DNA of 64,000 bases from Octopus sinensis (taxonomy: Eukaryota): assembly GCF_006345805.1 (NCBI RefSeq), contig NC_043003.1, positions 40,486,001-40,550,000 of the forward strand, read 5' to 3'. The translations under genes and the position numbers were made by a program. This document shows, piece by piece, positions 1 through 12,865 of this stretch; position 1 is the first letter of the stretch; each line of letters opens with the position of its first letter. The notes under the pieces were generated by a model. The model did not search any database and was not told the DNA's origin. It was given only the letters and a program-made list of their open reading frames with translations.

Positions 1-25
1 TATTATTATTATTATTATTATTATT

Positions 26-58
<33 letters not shown>

Positions 59-619
59 GTTGTTTTTGTTGGGTTTTTTTCGCGTTTCCACTTTTGAGCT
101 AGTTTCCGCAATACAACACCAAATAAAGGTTTGTTTTAGAATTTTTGCGACTTATGAAATTACAATAGTACAGAAAATTCTATGACGTTCTTGTGTTTTA
201 GAAAAAAAAATAACCTGCTGCCGTTTATGGAAATCGTTCTTGAAATTAACATTATTTTTCTTCTTCTTAAATTTATTAGCAACAACGGAAAAAAGAAGAG
301 CAATAATACCAACAACAGCAAAATCAACAACACTAGTATAATCTATTGCATGCAAGAAAGCAGGCAGAAAAGTTACAGCTGTTACAGAAACAATATAAGA
401 AAAGCAATGAAAACACAAATATTGGCAGCAATAGAAGTGTCTGATCTAAAGTAATAATGTAGAAGAAGCAGTGTTGGAAGAAAAGCAATAATATTAACAA
501 GAAGAAAAACAGCAACAGTTAAAGTAACCCCGACGAAGGCAACAACAACAATTCTTTCTAATTTTGACACAAGGCCAGCAATTCTTGAAGGAAGAGGGCA
601 AATTGATTGCGTCGATCCC

Positions 620-970
620 AATACTTGACTGGTACCTATTCTATCGACTTGAAAATGGTGAAAAAGAAACTTGACCGGCGAAATTTGAGATCAGAATGTA
701 AAGAGTCGGGAGAAATATGGCTAAGTATTTTGTCCGACGCGCTAACGATTCTGCCAGTTTGCTACGGTAATTGTTTCAAATTTTGGCACAAGCCGAGCAG
801 TTTTAGGGGAGTGCGTTAGTCGTTACTATTGACTCAAATACTTGACTAACACTTTAATTTATCGACCCACCCAGAGGGTTGAAAAAAACAAACTTGGCCT
901 CGGTGGACTAGTGAGTTGTAAGAGTTATTCTGACATTTTGTCCGACGCTCTAACGATTCTGCCAGCTCGT
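620..970 (-). mobile_element. two partial copies of tRNA-derived SINE family B (ggcggcgagctggcagaa head)
   Basis: Reverse-complement similarity to the 1892-2292 copy (ctaacgattctgccag, gtacctatt..tatcgac, gaaatttga motifs). Confidence 0.7.
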
Positions 971-1043
971 CTTAAAAGTGATAACAACAGTAGTAAAAAA
1001 AAGCTACAAGAACAGTTTTGTATAATAGCAACAACAACCACAG

Positions 1044-1225
1044 TGGAGGCACAATGGCCCAGTGGTTAAGGCAGCGGACTCGCGGTCGTAAGAACGCGGT
1101 TTCGATTCCCAGACCGGGCATTGTGAGTGTTTATTGCGTAAAACACCTAACCCCGCTGTACTCTTTCACCACAACTTTCACCACAACTTTCTCACTCTTT
1201 CTTCCTACTTCTGCCACAAAGCAGA
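1044..1225 (+). mobile_element. internally deleted tRNA-derived SINE family D
   Basis: A box tggcccagtgg and B box gtttcgattcc; matches the reverse complement of the full copy at 38442-38823. Confidence 0.8.
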
Positions 1226-1891
1226 GGAACATAGTGTAACCCACTATGGTGTGGTAAACTTTCAGACCCTAGTCCAGATTGCGAATCCTCTGTACGCCAG
1301 GATGGTTCAGCTCTCCACCCGTTAAAAAGCCATCGTTTACGGAATGTGGATGACAACGTAGCTTTCGCGCCTGTGCAACCGCGTGTGGTGGGTGGACCTT
1401 CAAGTTGCTACACGCATTCTTAGTAGCTTAGAGTGGACTCGAATTAGAGATTATTCTTTGTGGTTAATGGCGTGAGTCCTGATTGGAAGAACAACAATAA
1501 CCACAGTTTATAGCACCCAAAATCAACAAAAATTATGGTTTCTACTTTAGACAGAAGATCATTAATTTTTTAGTCGATACCAACGATTAGTCAATACCAA
1601 CGATACCAGTGCTTAGATTTGTAACTTGTATTTCGACCCGAAGGATTAAAGGTAAAGTTGGCTTCGGTGGGATTTGAACTCAGAATTAAATGAGATGTAA
1701 TTTAATACTGTAAGGCAATTTTATGTCGATCTAATAATTCGACTAATCTACAATAATAATTCAACTCACAGTCTCAAATCAATTGGGTGTGCTAGGCAAG
1801 AACATTCCCGAAATACAATAATTATTTGTAATTTAGGCACAATGTCAGCAGTTTTGACGGATAAGGTTTGTAAACAATATTGATCCTAGAA

Positions 1892-2292
1892 AGGCGGCGA
1901 GCTGCCAGAAACGTTAGCACGCCGGGCGAAATGCGTAGCCGTATTTCGTCTGCCGTTACGTTCTGAGTTCAAATTCCACCGCGGTCGACTTTGCCTTTCA
2001 TCCTTTCGGGGTCGATAAATTAAGTACCAGTTACGCACTGGGGTCGATATAATCGACTTAATCCGCCTGTCTGTCCTTGTTTATCTCCTCTGTGTTTAGC
2101 CACTTGTAGGTAGTAAAGAAATAGGTATTTCGTCTGTCTTTACGTTCTGAGTTCAAATTCCGCCGAGGTCGACTTTATCTTTCAACCTTTTGTGGTCGAT
2201 AAATTAAGTACCAATTGCGTTCTGGGGTCGATCTAATCGACTCGCCCTCTCTCCCCAAATTTCGGGCCTTGTGCCTAGAGTAGAAAACAATA
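1892..2292 (+). mobile_element. SINE family B, dimer-like, with target-site duplication
   Basis: ggcggcgagctgccagaaacgttagc head and B-box-like gagttcaaattcc; internal segment repeated; tattgatcctagaa flanks both ends. Confidence 0.85.
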
Positions 2293-2518
2293 TTATTGAT
2301 CCTAGAACTTCACTGGTAGTTTAATTCATTGTCTCCGGAAGGATGAAGGGTAATGTCATGTTTTTCGGGGGAAAAATTTGGAAGAGTGCTGTGCATTTGT
2401 GTATTCGAGAAGAACTGGTAATCCGAGTTTATCGATGGTGGTAGTAAGTTCCTTGAAAGATTTTCCTAAAATATCTTAGTTTATTAATTAGAGGGGCGCA
2501 AAGCAGCGTTGACTGAAA

Positions 2519-2763
2519 TATAGTTATGCACAATCGTATTTAACTTGTTCGTGTGCATTTGGACATGGAAAGTCAATACGATGTACAAGCGGTCTCGAGA
2601 GAAGAAGTTCTCTTTATAGATGATATGGCTATAAAGACCTATATCGTCAACACCGACGATGTTTATAAGGAGAATTTCTTCTCTCGCGACAACCTGTGTA
2701 GCGTATTGTCTTTCCAAGTCCGAATGAACACGAAAACGTTAAATATGAGTGTACAAAACTATA
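2519..2763. repeat. ungapped imperfect palindrome / long hairpin
   Basis: Arms 2519-2620 and 2662-2763 are about 80% reverse-complementary (20 mismatches in 102 by hand count) with no indels. Confidence 0.9.
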
Positions 2764-3430
2764 CATCCTAGTTTATATTTCATAGGAAATAAATCCACAA
2801 CATAAAGGTATTTTGAACTGAGTGTCATGCCAGTCTCTGTCTAAGAAGTCTTTTCTGTGGTGCTTTTGTGTATGAGTTTTTCGGAGTCATTCTCTCTTTA
2901 CTGTATATATTATTTATTTGTTGTTTTTTTATCTCGATTAAATTACTGTCGCCTTTTCAAACAACAGTGAAAATGATTTGTGGTAAGGTTTTATGTGTTT
3001 GGTAGTCAGTGATATTACTATGGCAGTTCTTGTATTCGTTTTTGCCCTCGTTCATTCTTCTATGAAAGTAAACTTCTTTTTGCTTTTGTTAGTGTTACAA
3101 CTGTCGTTGCTCACGCTTGTGACTGGAAGAATCGGGAGGTCTTTGTTGGTGAAAAATAGTGAAGGGAAAAATCTGAGCACCCACAAACGAACATGTCTCG
3201 TTTTATGGCTGCTACCGCTTCAACGGTTACATCTCATCACTTCTCTCATATCAAACGTAGAATTTGCTCGTTGGCTGCATATGACGCAAGAATAAAATTC
3301 CGCCATTTCTTGTCAAAGAGTTTCTAAATTCTTTATACCCACCGAATGTCTTAAATGACTTCAACAACATTTTTATAGCGGAGTGAATATATATATATAA
3401 AATATATATGTCTGTCTGTCTCTCTGTCTC

Positions 3431-3466
<36 letters not shown>

Positions 3467-3487
3467 CACACAGCATACATATTCATT

Positions 3488-3506
3488 TCTATCTATCTAT
3501 CTATCT

Positions 3507-3597
<91 letters not shown>
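3488..3597. repeat. (TATC)n microsatellite
   Basis: Direct reading. Confidence 0.95.
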
Positions 3598-3598
<1 letters not shown>

Positions 3599-4087
3599 AC
3601 TACGTACCTGTATGTCTGACTATTTGCCTATATGATACAATACAATACAATATAATATATAAGATAAACAAAAAAACCTTATGTTTGCAATACTATTTAT
3701 CAGCTTGTAAATGTATAGGTCTAACAGCGTCTCGAATATTTTCAAAAACTAAAAAAAAAATATTAGTCGTTAAAGTTCAAAGTGTTATACTTTCGGGAGA
3801 AAAATGAAACCAACAAAAATAGGAGTTAAAAACAATTAAAATATATATTTCAACGTGTTAAAATTTCTCACGGAACACCGGTTAAAAAAAGCGGAATAAT
3901 GTGTAGAAGCAAATCGATATTAAAATGTTTTACAAAGTATAACAAATCGAACAATGTAATGAAAATCGCTAACAGCTTCACATGTACGTCAGAATGCTAT
4001 ATTAACAAACGAATAAACAGATATTAGGAAATAAAAAAGAAATGGTGTAGAGAATATTATATTAAAATAACTATAGAGAACCTTTAT

Positions 4088-4252
4088 GCTATAATATAAT
4101 ATAATATAATATAATATAATATAATATAATATAAGATAATATAATATAATATAAATGTAATGTAATATAACGTAATATAATGCAATATATATGTGCACAC
4201 ACATACAAACGTATACATATAATATATACATATAAATATATATATAATATTT

Positions 4253-4301
<49 letters not shown>

Positions 4302-4354
4302 TACACATATACACGTATATCTATAAATATATATATATTATATATATTATATAT

Positions 4355-4395
<41 letters not shown>

Positions 4396-4400
4396 GACAG
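4088..4400. repeat. (ATATA)n plus (TA)n compound microsatellite
   Basis: Direct reading. Confidence 0.9.
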
Positions 4401-5287
4401 ACATACAGAGATACATTTATTTGAAAGTATGTATGTGTGAGTGTACAAAAGGCAATTTAAATAATTCGAATTCAAATATACCCAATCGAAACTGTGAAAA
4501 ATCTATAGTTTTGTGTAAGGACACAATATCCTAACTTCTAAACAATCGATATTGAATGAGTAAAAGAGCTATTCTTTTATTTAAAAATCAAAATCAACTA
4601 AAATAATTTAAACTCCAACATTTATTCCGTAGAGTTCAAAATGATCACTGAAACCAATCACACACATACACACACACACACATACTCTCTCTCCCCCCTC
4701 TCTCTCTCACACACACACACACATTCACACAAAGACTTCATCCCTCATCAAAGACTGCCAGCACATAGTCGTTATTGATTTATTTGTGAATAAACACAAC
4801 ATGGTTTACACAAACGCTTGTAAACTTACGCACTTCAAAAAAACCAGAGAACAATGAACAGTAGCTCTCTTGATCAGAATCTAACGTTTGAAAACAGTAT
4901 ATTGTAAGATTCCAGGTGGATTGCTGTTCAATAGGAATTACGTACCAATTCTGAATAGAGGACTACTACTTATGACTCTGATACATTGAAAATCAGGGAA
5001 ATTTAAAACTAGCAAATAAAACAGTTGATAGCATCAGAAATACAAATGGCATTAAAAGACTTCACGTTCTAATGGGCGCTATCAAATGAATCTATAGATT
5101 GATTAAACTATTTTTCACATATTAACTACTAATATCAGGGTAGTTACTATGAAACATCTCCGTCTTTGTCTCTCTGTCTGTCCCTCTGTGTCTCTGTCTG
5201 TCTCTCTGTGTCTCTGTCTGTCTGCCTGCCTGTCAGTGTCTCTCTCGTTCTCTCGCTTCCTTAAGCATTGACATCTTGTATCCGTAT

Positions 5288-5450
5288 GTAGGTATGCATG
5301 TATGTATGTATGTATGTATGTATGTATGTATGTATGTATGTATGTATGTATGTATGTATGTATGTATGTATGTATGTATGTATGTATGCATGCATGTATG
5401 TGTTTATAGATGTATGTATGTATGCATGTATGTTTGTATGTATGTAGGCA
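5288..5450. repeat. (TATG)n microsatellite
   Basis: Direct reading. Confidence 0.95.
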
Positions 5451-5675
5451 TGCATGCATTGCTGACGTCATAAGAATTTAATAAACTTTCGAGAGAAAGT
5501 GCAATATTTTTTTTGAATAAAATATATCACGAAGCACAAGCAAAAAGCTATAAACAATGTTTGTATGCAGTCGTTTGTAACTTTATGTGTGTGCTTCGTG
5601 ATATACTATTTCCGAAAGGATATATATATACACATAAACGGACTTAAAGGATATATTATATATATATATATATAT

Positions 5676-5723
<48 letters not shown>

Positions 5724-5863
5724 GCCCGTTTGGATTAAAATTATATATATATATATATATCAGAGTAAGCACATAAATGCGAAACAAGGTGGAAAGAATA
5801 GTACTCGAAAACCAGAGGTAGAGTATTATTCTTAATTAAAAATGCAGCAAAGATAGCACAAAA

Positions 5864-5903
5864 ACTGTTACTCAGAGTTTCACGTTCCCATTCGTCGGAC
5901 AGT
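5864..5903 (-). ncRNA. minimal type-I hammerhead ribozyme motif (U4C variant) in a Penelope-type repeat (~5757-5905)
   Basis: Minus strand reads ACUGU-CCGACGA-AUG(GGAA)CGU-GAA-ACUC(U)GAGU-A-ACAGU. All three stems pair; predicted cleavage site GUA. Confidence 0.7.
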
Positions 5904-6094
5904 AGATCAAATTTAGTTATTTTTTCCGTGAGATTGAAAAAAATGGTCAACTGCATTGATTATATCAGTTCAATTCATTCCCTGAGAAATAAGCGGACAA
6001 TCTGTTTAAGTACGCAACAATTCCAGTAGCTATAGACAACTGGCATTACTAAATTGCATACCATAACTGTTGACATCTTACTTTTAATATAACG

Positions 6095-6243
6095 GGCTGT
6101 GTGGTAGCTTGCTTACCAGCCACATGGTTCCGGGTTCAGTCCCATTGCGTGGCACCTTGGGTAAGTGTCATCTACTATAGCCTCGGGCCGACCAAAAAGC
6201 CTTGTGAGTGGATTTGGTAGACGGAAACTGAGAGAAGCCCGTC

Positions 6244-6281
<38 letters not shown>

Positions 6282-6558
6282 ATATAATATATATATTATG
6301 TGTGTGTGTGTGTGTGTGTGTGGGTGTGTGTGTGTGTGTGTGGGTGTGTGTGTTTTTGTGTGTGTGTCTTTGTTCCCCCGCCAACATCACTTGACAACCG
6401 ATGGTGATGCATTTACGCCCAGGTCACTTAGTGGTTCGGCAAAACAGACCGATAAAATAAGTACTAGGCTTACAAAGAATAAATCGTTGGGTCAGTTTGC
6501 TCGATTAAAGGCGGTGCTCCAGCATGACCACATCCAAATGACTGAAGCAAGGAAAGGA

Positions 6559-6560
<2 letters not shown>
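6095..6560 (+). mobile_element. SINE family A (internal (TA)n/(TG)n; tail ggcggtgctccagcatg..gactgaa)
   Basis: Head gggttcagtccca, body gatttggtagacggaaactga, conserved tail; many copies in the window. Confidence 0.85.
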
Positions 6561-6598
<38 letters not shown>

Positions 6599-6654
6599 GA
6601 CCCCCTTCTGTCATAAATGACCATGGGATTGCACCTAGAAAGTCACACTCCGAG

Positions 6655-7030
6655 GAACAAGTCGACCCCGGGACTTATTCTTTGTAAGCCTAGTACTTAT
6701 TCTATCCGTCTCTTTTGCCGAACCGCTAAATTACGGGGACGTAAACACACCAGCATCGGTTTTCAAGTGATGTTGGGGGAACAAACACAGACATATACAC
6801 GCACACACACACACACACACAACACACACACACACACACAAACACATACACATATATATATATACATATATACGACGGGCTTCTTTCAGTTTCCGTCTAC
6901 CAAATCCACTCACAAGGCTTTGGTCAGCCCGAGGCTATAGTTGAAGACACTTGCGCAAGGTACCACGCAGTGGGACCCAGAACCATGTGGTCGGTAAGCA
7001 AGATACTTACCACACAGCCACTCCTACACC
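6655..7030 (-). mobile_element. SINE family A
   Basis: Reverse-complement match to 6095-6560. Confidence 0.85.
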
Positions 7031-7330
7031 TATAAACCTGTTTTTCTTTATTTACTATTCTTGCTATCTGTAGTTACTGTGGTTACTAATATGAGTTAAT
7101 CTTTGATATTAATATCATGCTATGATTTAAGTTCTATATAACTTTGGATATGCGAAAACCGAATACCATTCGCCTTCACTTCACTGATATCTCATTCGCT
7201 ACCTGAATAGATTGTTTTATCCATTATTCTGTCATACGTGGTGTGCTATTTGTATTATTCTATCATACATGGTGTGTTTCACGTTTGATCTACCTCGATA
7301 TATTCAATAGATTCTCATCAAATTGAAATA

Positions 7331-7919
7331 CAGTAATGCCTCAATATAATTTGTTCTCGGAGACCGCTCGTAAAGCAAAAACACTGTAAAGCAGAGCAGT
7401 AATTTTCCATAATATCAATGTTATAACTCATAATTCGTTCACAGAAAAATATTTTACCCTGTAATACTCGTAAATAAATGGCAATAAAACAATAGTAGAA
7501 TGTAAAGAATACGTAAAGTAAAAAGAATGTCAAAATTATTTTTTACAAAAAATATCATCATCACCATCATTATTGTTATTATTATCATTATTATTATTAT
7601 TATAAATATTGTTATTAGCATTTTCTGAATTACTTTTACTCGAACTAGACTCGCGCACATCATCACTTGTAGACGCGATCGCTGATTCACAAGCACTCGT
7701 AGACGGACTAGTAGATTTCTTAAAAAAAACAAGTTTAGAGTTGCTTGCTTAGAAGAAGCTTTTTTTGCTTTCTATAAATTTCTCGGTAACTTGCAGAAGC
7801 ATTTGTTATGGTGGTAGAAATTTTGGCACTTCTTTCAAAATTTGGATCATGTGCTTGAAAAATAAACCTCCTAAACCCGGATTGTCGTAAAGCAGGTCCT
7901 GTAAAGTGAGGTATTACTG
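7331..7919 (-). mobile_element. pogo/Tigger-like internally deleted DNA transposon
   Basis: TA|cagtaatgcctca ... tgaggtattactg|TA TIRs; minus-strand HDPNFERSAKISTTITNASASYREIYRKQKK resembles a Tigger transposase C-terminus. Confidence 0.75.
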
Positions 7920-7928
7920 TACATACAT

Positions 7929-7964
<36 letters not shown>

Positions 7965-8959
7965 TCTCTCTCTCTCTCTCATACACACACTCACGTGTGT
8001 GTGTATGTGTATGTTTTTTTGTTTTGTATGTATGTGTGTATGAAAAATATCTTCTGAAATTAGAAAATTAGTCATTTTATAAAATGATGGTTCATTTAAA
8101 ACAATGTAGGTTAATACAGTCCTTGTGGAAGGTAGTTTTCGTGTGAGCAGTTTTTGCTCTTTTCAGGTTTTCAAACAATTGTGTTAGAAGGTAATCCGTA
8201 TAGAAATAGTATACACTCCAACACACATACACACACAGACACACAGATACACACACACACACATGCAAATACACACACACATGCAGAGACACGCCATCCT
8301 CACACGCACATATATGTATGTATGTATGTATGTACATACATACATTCGTACGTATGTGTGCGTGTGTGAGGTGTTTGTGTGTATATTATTCTACGTGATG
8401 GTAGACAAAATAGGCCACGAATTGGCAAAGTTGTTAGAGCGTTGAATAAAATGTTATGCAGTGTTCTTTCCGACGCTCTGAGTGCAAATCCTACCAGGAA
8501 CAAATCTATCTTCCATCTTTTCGGGGTTTGATTAAGTAGCAAACCAGAGTATATTACCTGAATTGCTAGAGTATTGGCGGTATCTGTTCTGCAGTATGTG
8601 AAACTGCCTGCTTTGACCTGGCGCGAAACCGTATCAGCCATAACACTTCTCTAGGGTCATAGGTTGGTGGCGATCAGTAGAGGAAAGTTTTTGGATGGAG
8701 ACCCACTGTGTTCCAAAAAAATAAATAAATAAAAAAATAAAACAAAAGAAATTGCTTAAGTCTATCTTTTGGAGAAAGTTATTCCAAATGTATATATATA
8801 TGGTGAACCGAAAGGGGAAGAGGTCGTCTGCCATCTAGTAAATTCCAGAGAATATTAGTGGATCTGAGGTTATTTTTGAAGACACTTATTCAAGATTCTA
8901 CAGTGGGATAGAAGCTGGAAACATGCGACTGTAAAGCAAACTTCTTTACCATATGAGCA

Positions 8960-9330
8960 CGCCAGCGCCCGTCGTCGTCGTTGGCGGCGGCGATATTAAC
9001 TTGTATCCGAGTTGTTAATTTGTGGCGAGTGAATGAGTCTCTTCATCCTTATGGGTGCGATAGATGCCGGTGCCTGAGCCGGGAGTAGTTATTGTAGGGG
9101 AGGGTCGATGAGGACGAGTAAGAGCGAGTCGTTTTCTGCGTCTTCGGCGTCTGATCTCTGCCACTTGACGTTTGTTAGTCCGTTCCCTTGATTACTTGCC
9201 ATCCTTTTGGCGGTCCTTGGCGATTATTTGCCAAGTATATGGGTCAATGAAGCAGCGGAAGAGAGTGGCGTTGATCTTGTCTCGAAAACGAGTCAAGCGC
9301 CAAATTTGACCATTTTACTCACAAAGATCT
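8960..9330 (-). mobile_element. RTE-clade LINE 3' fragment (degenerate)
   Basis: Minus frame RFRDKINATLFRCFIDPYTWQIIAKDR...RRRRRRKR...GIYRTH resembles the RTE C-terminus. Confidence 0.65.
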
Positions 9331-10227
9331 TCAATTGTATTGTTCTTAATTATATGTTAGTGCAAAAATTGTGAAACGGGTTCTCCAGTCGTGTCTCCGC
9401 TCATTTCATGCACATCGAATGTATGGCTCGAATGTGCTTACATCGTTAAAATTTCCTATCCTTGCTAAGGTCTTCAAAAATTTCATTTATTTTAGTTTTC
9501 CTCATCTATATTGTGTTGACCATAAATAGATAAGTAAAAATAAAACATTTATTTAATTATTTATTCTTCTATTGTAATATAAGTGACTTACAATCACAAG
9601 GACTGCGGGTTCGTATCATACTGGCAATACAACAGTAAAATGCATTTTAAAATCATATGCCAGATTTAATACCTTGAGGAAATGGTGGTTTATTATAATA
9701 ACAAAAACTTGAAGGCAAGTTAATGCTACATTTGAAACTTGGATGTTTTACATACCAACAGATTGCCGTGGTAGAAAATAACCAGTTTTGATCAACCGCT
9801 ATTTCTAAACATTTATTTTTCAATGATTTATTCGTTGCTATCAATATCAAACCTGAAAAATATGGAAGCAATTTATGATAAGATGCTATAACCAAATAAA
9901 AAATAAATAAAAGAATGCGAAAAGGGAATTACACACAATAATGTGAAGAAAAGGTTGTATGATAACTTGGAAATATAACCATACCGATATGAGAGAATTA
10001 AATAAAATGATGAATAACAGCAATAAGAATACAAATTGTATACAACAACGAAAATGTTAGTTTCTAATTATATATATATATACATATATATAATGTCTGT
10101 ATATATTTATATGTAGGTATATATATATATATATACACACACAAGCACACACATATATATATATATATATATATGAGTATATTTATCTATCTATATATAT
10201 TATATGTATAAAAGACACACAAAAAAC

Positions 10228-10640
10228 CCGGATGTTAGAAAACCGGATGCAAAAGCCCGGATGTAAGAAAAACCGGATGTGAAGGAAAAAATTGGTTGTG
10301 AAACTGCTAAATGTTGCATGGTTGCTGCCATTTGGCGGCGACGGAGGGGACGGCGGCAGCTGCGTCGGCGGCGAGTGTGGTGGTAGGTGCCAAAAGTGGA
10401 CAGAACGAGGCTGTTAAAATTTATATGACTGAGTCATCGGACTCAGCGAGAAGGTTAGCAAATAATATGAAGCTTTTCATAAACTTCATAAATCTATCCT
10501 GATTGATTGGGCAATTCACAGGGAATAAAAGTGAAGTATTTATTGGCTTCCTATAACCTTATATTCTCATAATTTTCTCCGCAATCGCTGCCTTTCAAAT
10601 TATCGTAAAAGAGGGATATATAGTTTTACGTGGAAGAAGG
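10228..10640. promoter_or_regulatory. candidate cis-regulatory module
   Basis: Four CCGGATG motifs, TGAGTCA, TCATAAA twice and TGATTGAT within non-repetitive sequence; motif evidence only. Confidence 0.3.
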
Positions 10641-10651
10641 TGGGCTCCGTA

Positions 10652-10767
10652 GTTGTTGTTGTTGTTGTTGTTGTTGTTCTTCTTCTTCTTCTTCTTCTTC
10701 TTCTTCTTCTTCTTCTTCTTTCTTCTTCTTCTTCTTCTTCTTCTTCTTCGTCTTCTTGTCGTTGTAG

Positions 10768-10836
<69 letters not shown>

Positions 10837-10860
10837 GTGATGTTTATGATTGTGATCGTG
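10652..10860. repeat. compound (GTT)n(CTT)n(TTA)n(GTT)n trinucleotide tract
   Basis: Direct reading; it explains the homopolymeric ORFs here. Confidence 0.95.
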
Positions 10861-12151
10861 TTGTTGATGGTGATGATTGTTGATTTTTGACAAGGTTGCT
10901 GATAGGGCGGGGGTGGTGGTGGTGGTGGTTGTCCCTGTTTGCAGAGTTGTTGTTTGTTGTTGATGTTCTTGCTTGTGGTGGTCGTTTTTGGCACCGTTAT
11001 TAAATTGGGCTGTATATTGCGGGGTAGTGCCACTCACTATAGCCTATGTTCTTGTCGTTAGTATTATTATTGTAGATACTGTCTAGCACCAGGTTACCGC
11101 TGACAAAAATAACCAATGAGCAATGACATTCCAACCGTGACCACTTCATCGTTTTTAGATCTCTTCCGATAACTATACTACTCCAAGAGTCTTCTTTTCT
11201 TTAAGACTATTGGATGGGATTTCAGAGAAAACTCACTGCTATTTCTTGCAGGTCCAAAGGCCACATACCGACTCTGTAGTTTGTTGGCGCATGTTATTTT
11301 TCATTTTAGCGGTGATGTAGGTGGCGTTGGTGTTGTGATATTGTTGTAGGTGTTGTTGTTGTTGTTATTGTTGTTGTTGTTGCTGCTGTTGTTGCTGTTC
11401 TTTCATTTGCTGTGACTTTCTAATGTTGCTATGGGTGGTGATGGTGGTGGTGGTATGAGTGGTAGTGTTAGGTTGTCGTTACAGTGGTGGTAGTAGGAGG
11501 AGGAGGAGGGGCAGTGGTTGGCTGTAATGGTAGTTACAGTAAAGGAGGGGGGGCGTCATAATGAGAGTGTCGATGGCGGTGAATGATGGAATGAATGTAA
11601 CGATGGTTGGATGGTGACAGCGATGGGAGGATAGCGGTAATACAGGGAATAGTGGTAGGTCCATGACGGTGGTTGTGGCGATGGTATTTTGAATGAAGCA
11701 ATTCCGGGGTACCATGATTAATTCGAACAGCTGTCACCGTGAACAAGTGTTCATGGTAAATCTTACAGAATTGCTCCACAGGTGCTCTCCCTTCATCCAA
11801 CCATTATGCTTACATACATGCATACACGTATACGTACGTATACACATATACACATACATGCATGCACACACATGCACACTCACGTAAGCGAGTGCATACG
11901 AACATCTACCAGAATGAATACAGCCTTTTCTTTGTACGAGAATACATACACACACTTTCATACAAACACACATGCACACGCAAATACATACACACACACG
12001 CACACATGCTTATGCTCACAGACGCAGGCTCAGATATACGTATAAATATGTGTGTGCGCATGATTATGATTATACTTCTGTGTGTATGGGCATATATATA
12101 TAGTATATGTGTATGTTTAAGTATATACACACACATACACACACACACACA

Positions 12152-12196
<45 letters not shown>

Positions 12197-12241
12197 CACA
12201 CACATAGATACACACATACATATATACATACATACACACAT

Positions 12242-12287
<46 letters not shown>

Positions 12288-12313
12288 GTATATATTCACC
12301 CACCACACGTATA

Positions 12314-12698
12314 TCTCTCTCTATATAAACGGCAGTTTGTCTGTGCGTGTTTCTGTGTGTCTGTTTGCTTGTACCCTCACCCTGACCACGGCTTTCAACC
12401 GATTCTGATGAAACTTGACACACACATAGCCCAATGTCATAATTCAAAACTAACGCAGCGAAAATTTTGAAAAGTTTCCCCAGTTCTGAAAAAAATCGAT
12501 AAATTCGACATGGGGTCGAGAATCAGAAATACGAACCACAAACTGTCTAGGGTGCGCAACTCCACCTTTTTTAAATCTCAAAAAAAATTTACCATCATTT
12601 TTTTCCCATTTTTTTGCTATTTTTTGGCTATAACTCTCTAAAAATGCTTTATAGTTATTTCCCTTACAAACCTGAGCAACGCCGGGCGATACTGCTAG
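12314..12698 (+). mobile_element. non-autonomous Helitron
   Basis: A|TC 5' end, 3' hairpin cctgagcaacgccggg, terminal CTAG followed by T. Confidence 0.75.
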
Positions 12699-12865
12699 TA
12701 TATACATATATTCATGTGCTTATAATTGTGCTTTTTTCTATATGAATGTATAAATGCTCAGAGCTTTCCATACAATAGCTGTTAAGAATTGCACCCACAC
12801 GTAGGCACACATGCAATATAGATGTACAAACATTGTCGTAATTATAGGCATACATATATAAAATG

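Noticed and set aside
1044-1120. tRNA gene calls at SINE heads (also 28270-28341, 38750-38823, 55638-55710, 56818-56890)
   Set aside because: They have A/B boxes but no complete acceptor stem and run into repeat bodies, so they are SINE heads.
1225-1490. GC-richer segment resembling a LINE 5' UTR, possibly with an HDV-like ribozyme
   Set aside because: I could not draw a convincing pseudoknot or assign orientation or family by eye.
2484-2771. Two overlapping opposite-strand ORFs with similar peptides
   Set aside because: The similarity is a direct consequence of the palindrome; there is no recognisable domain and no consistent synonymous bias.
3130-3400. Minus-strand CVICSQ..CNR peptide hinting at a PHD finger
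   Set aside because: Interrupted by stops with too few ligands; could be a TE remnant or chance.
5523-5603. 15-bp inverted repeat atatcacgaagcaca
   Set aside because: Too short and without context; small foldbacks are common in this DNA.
10626-11037. Poly-Q/N/K/E ORFs resembling a transcription-factor low-complexity region
   Set aside because: Entirely trinucleotide microsatellite, with no domain or splice support.
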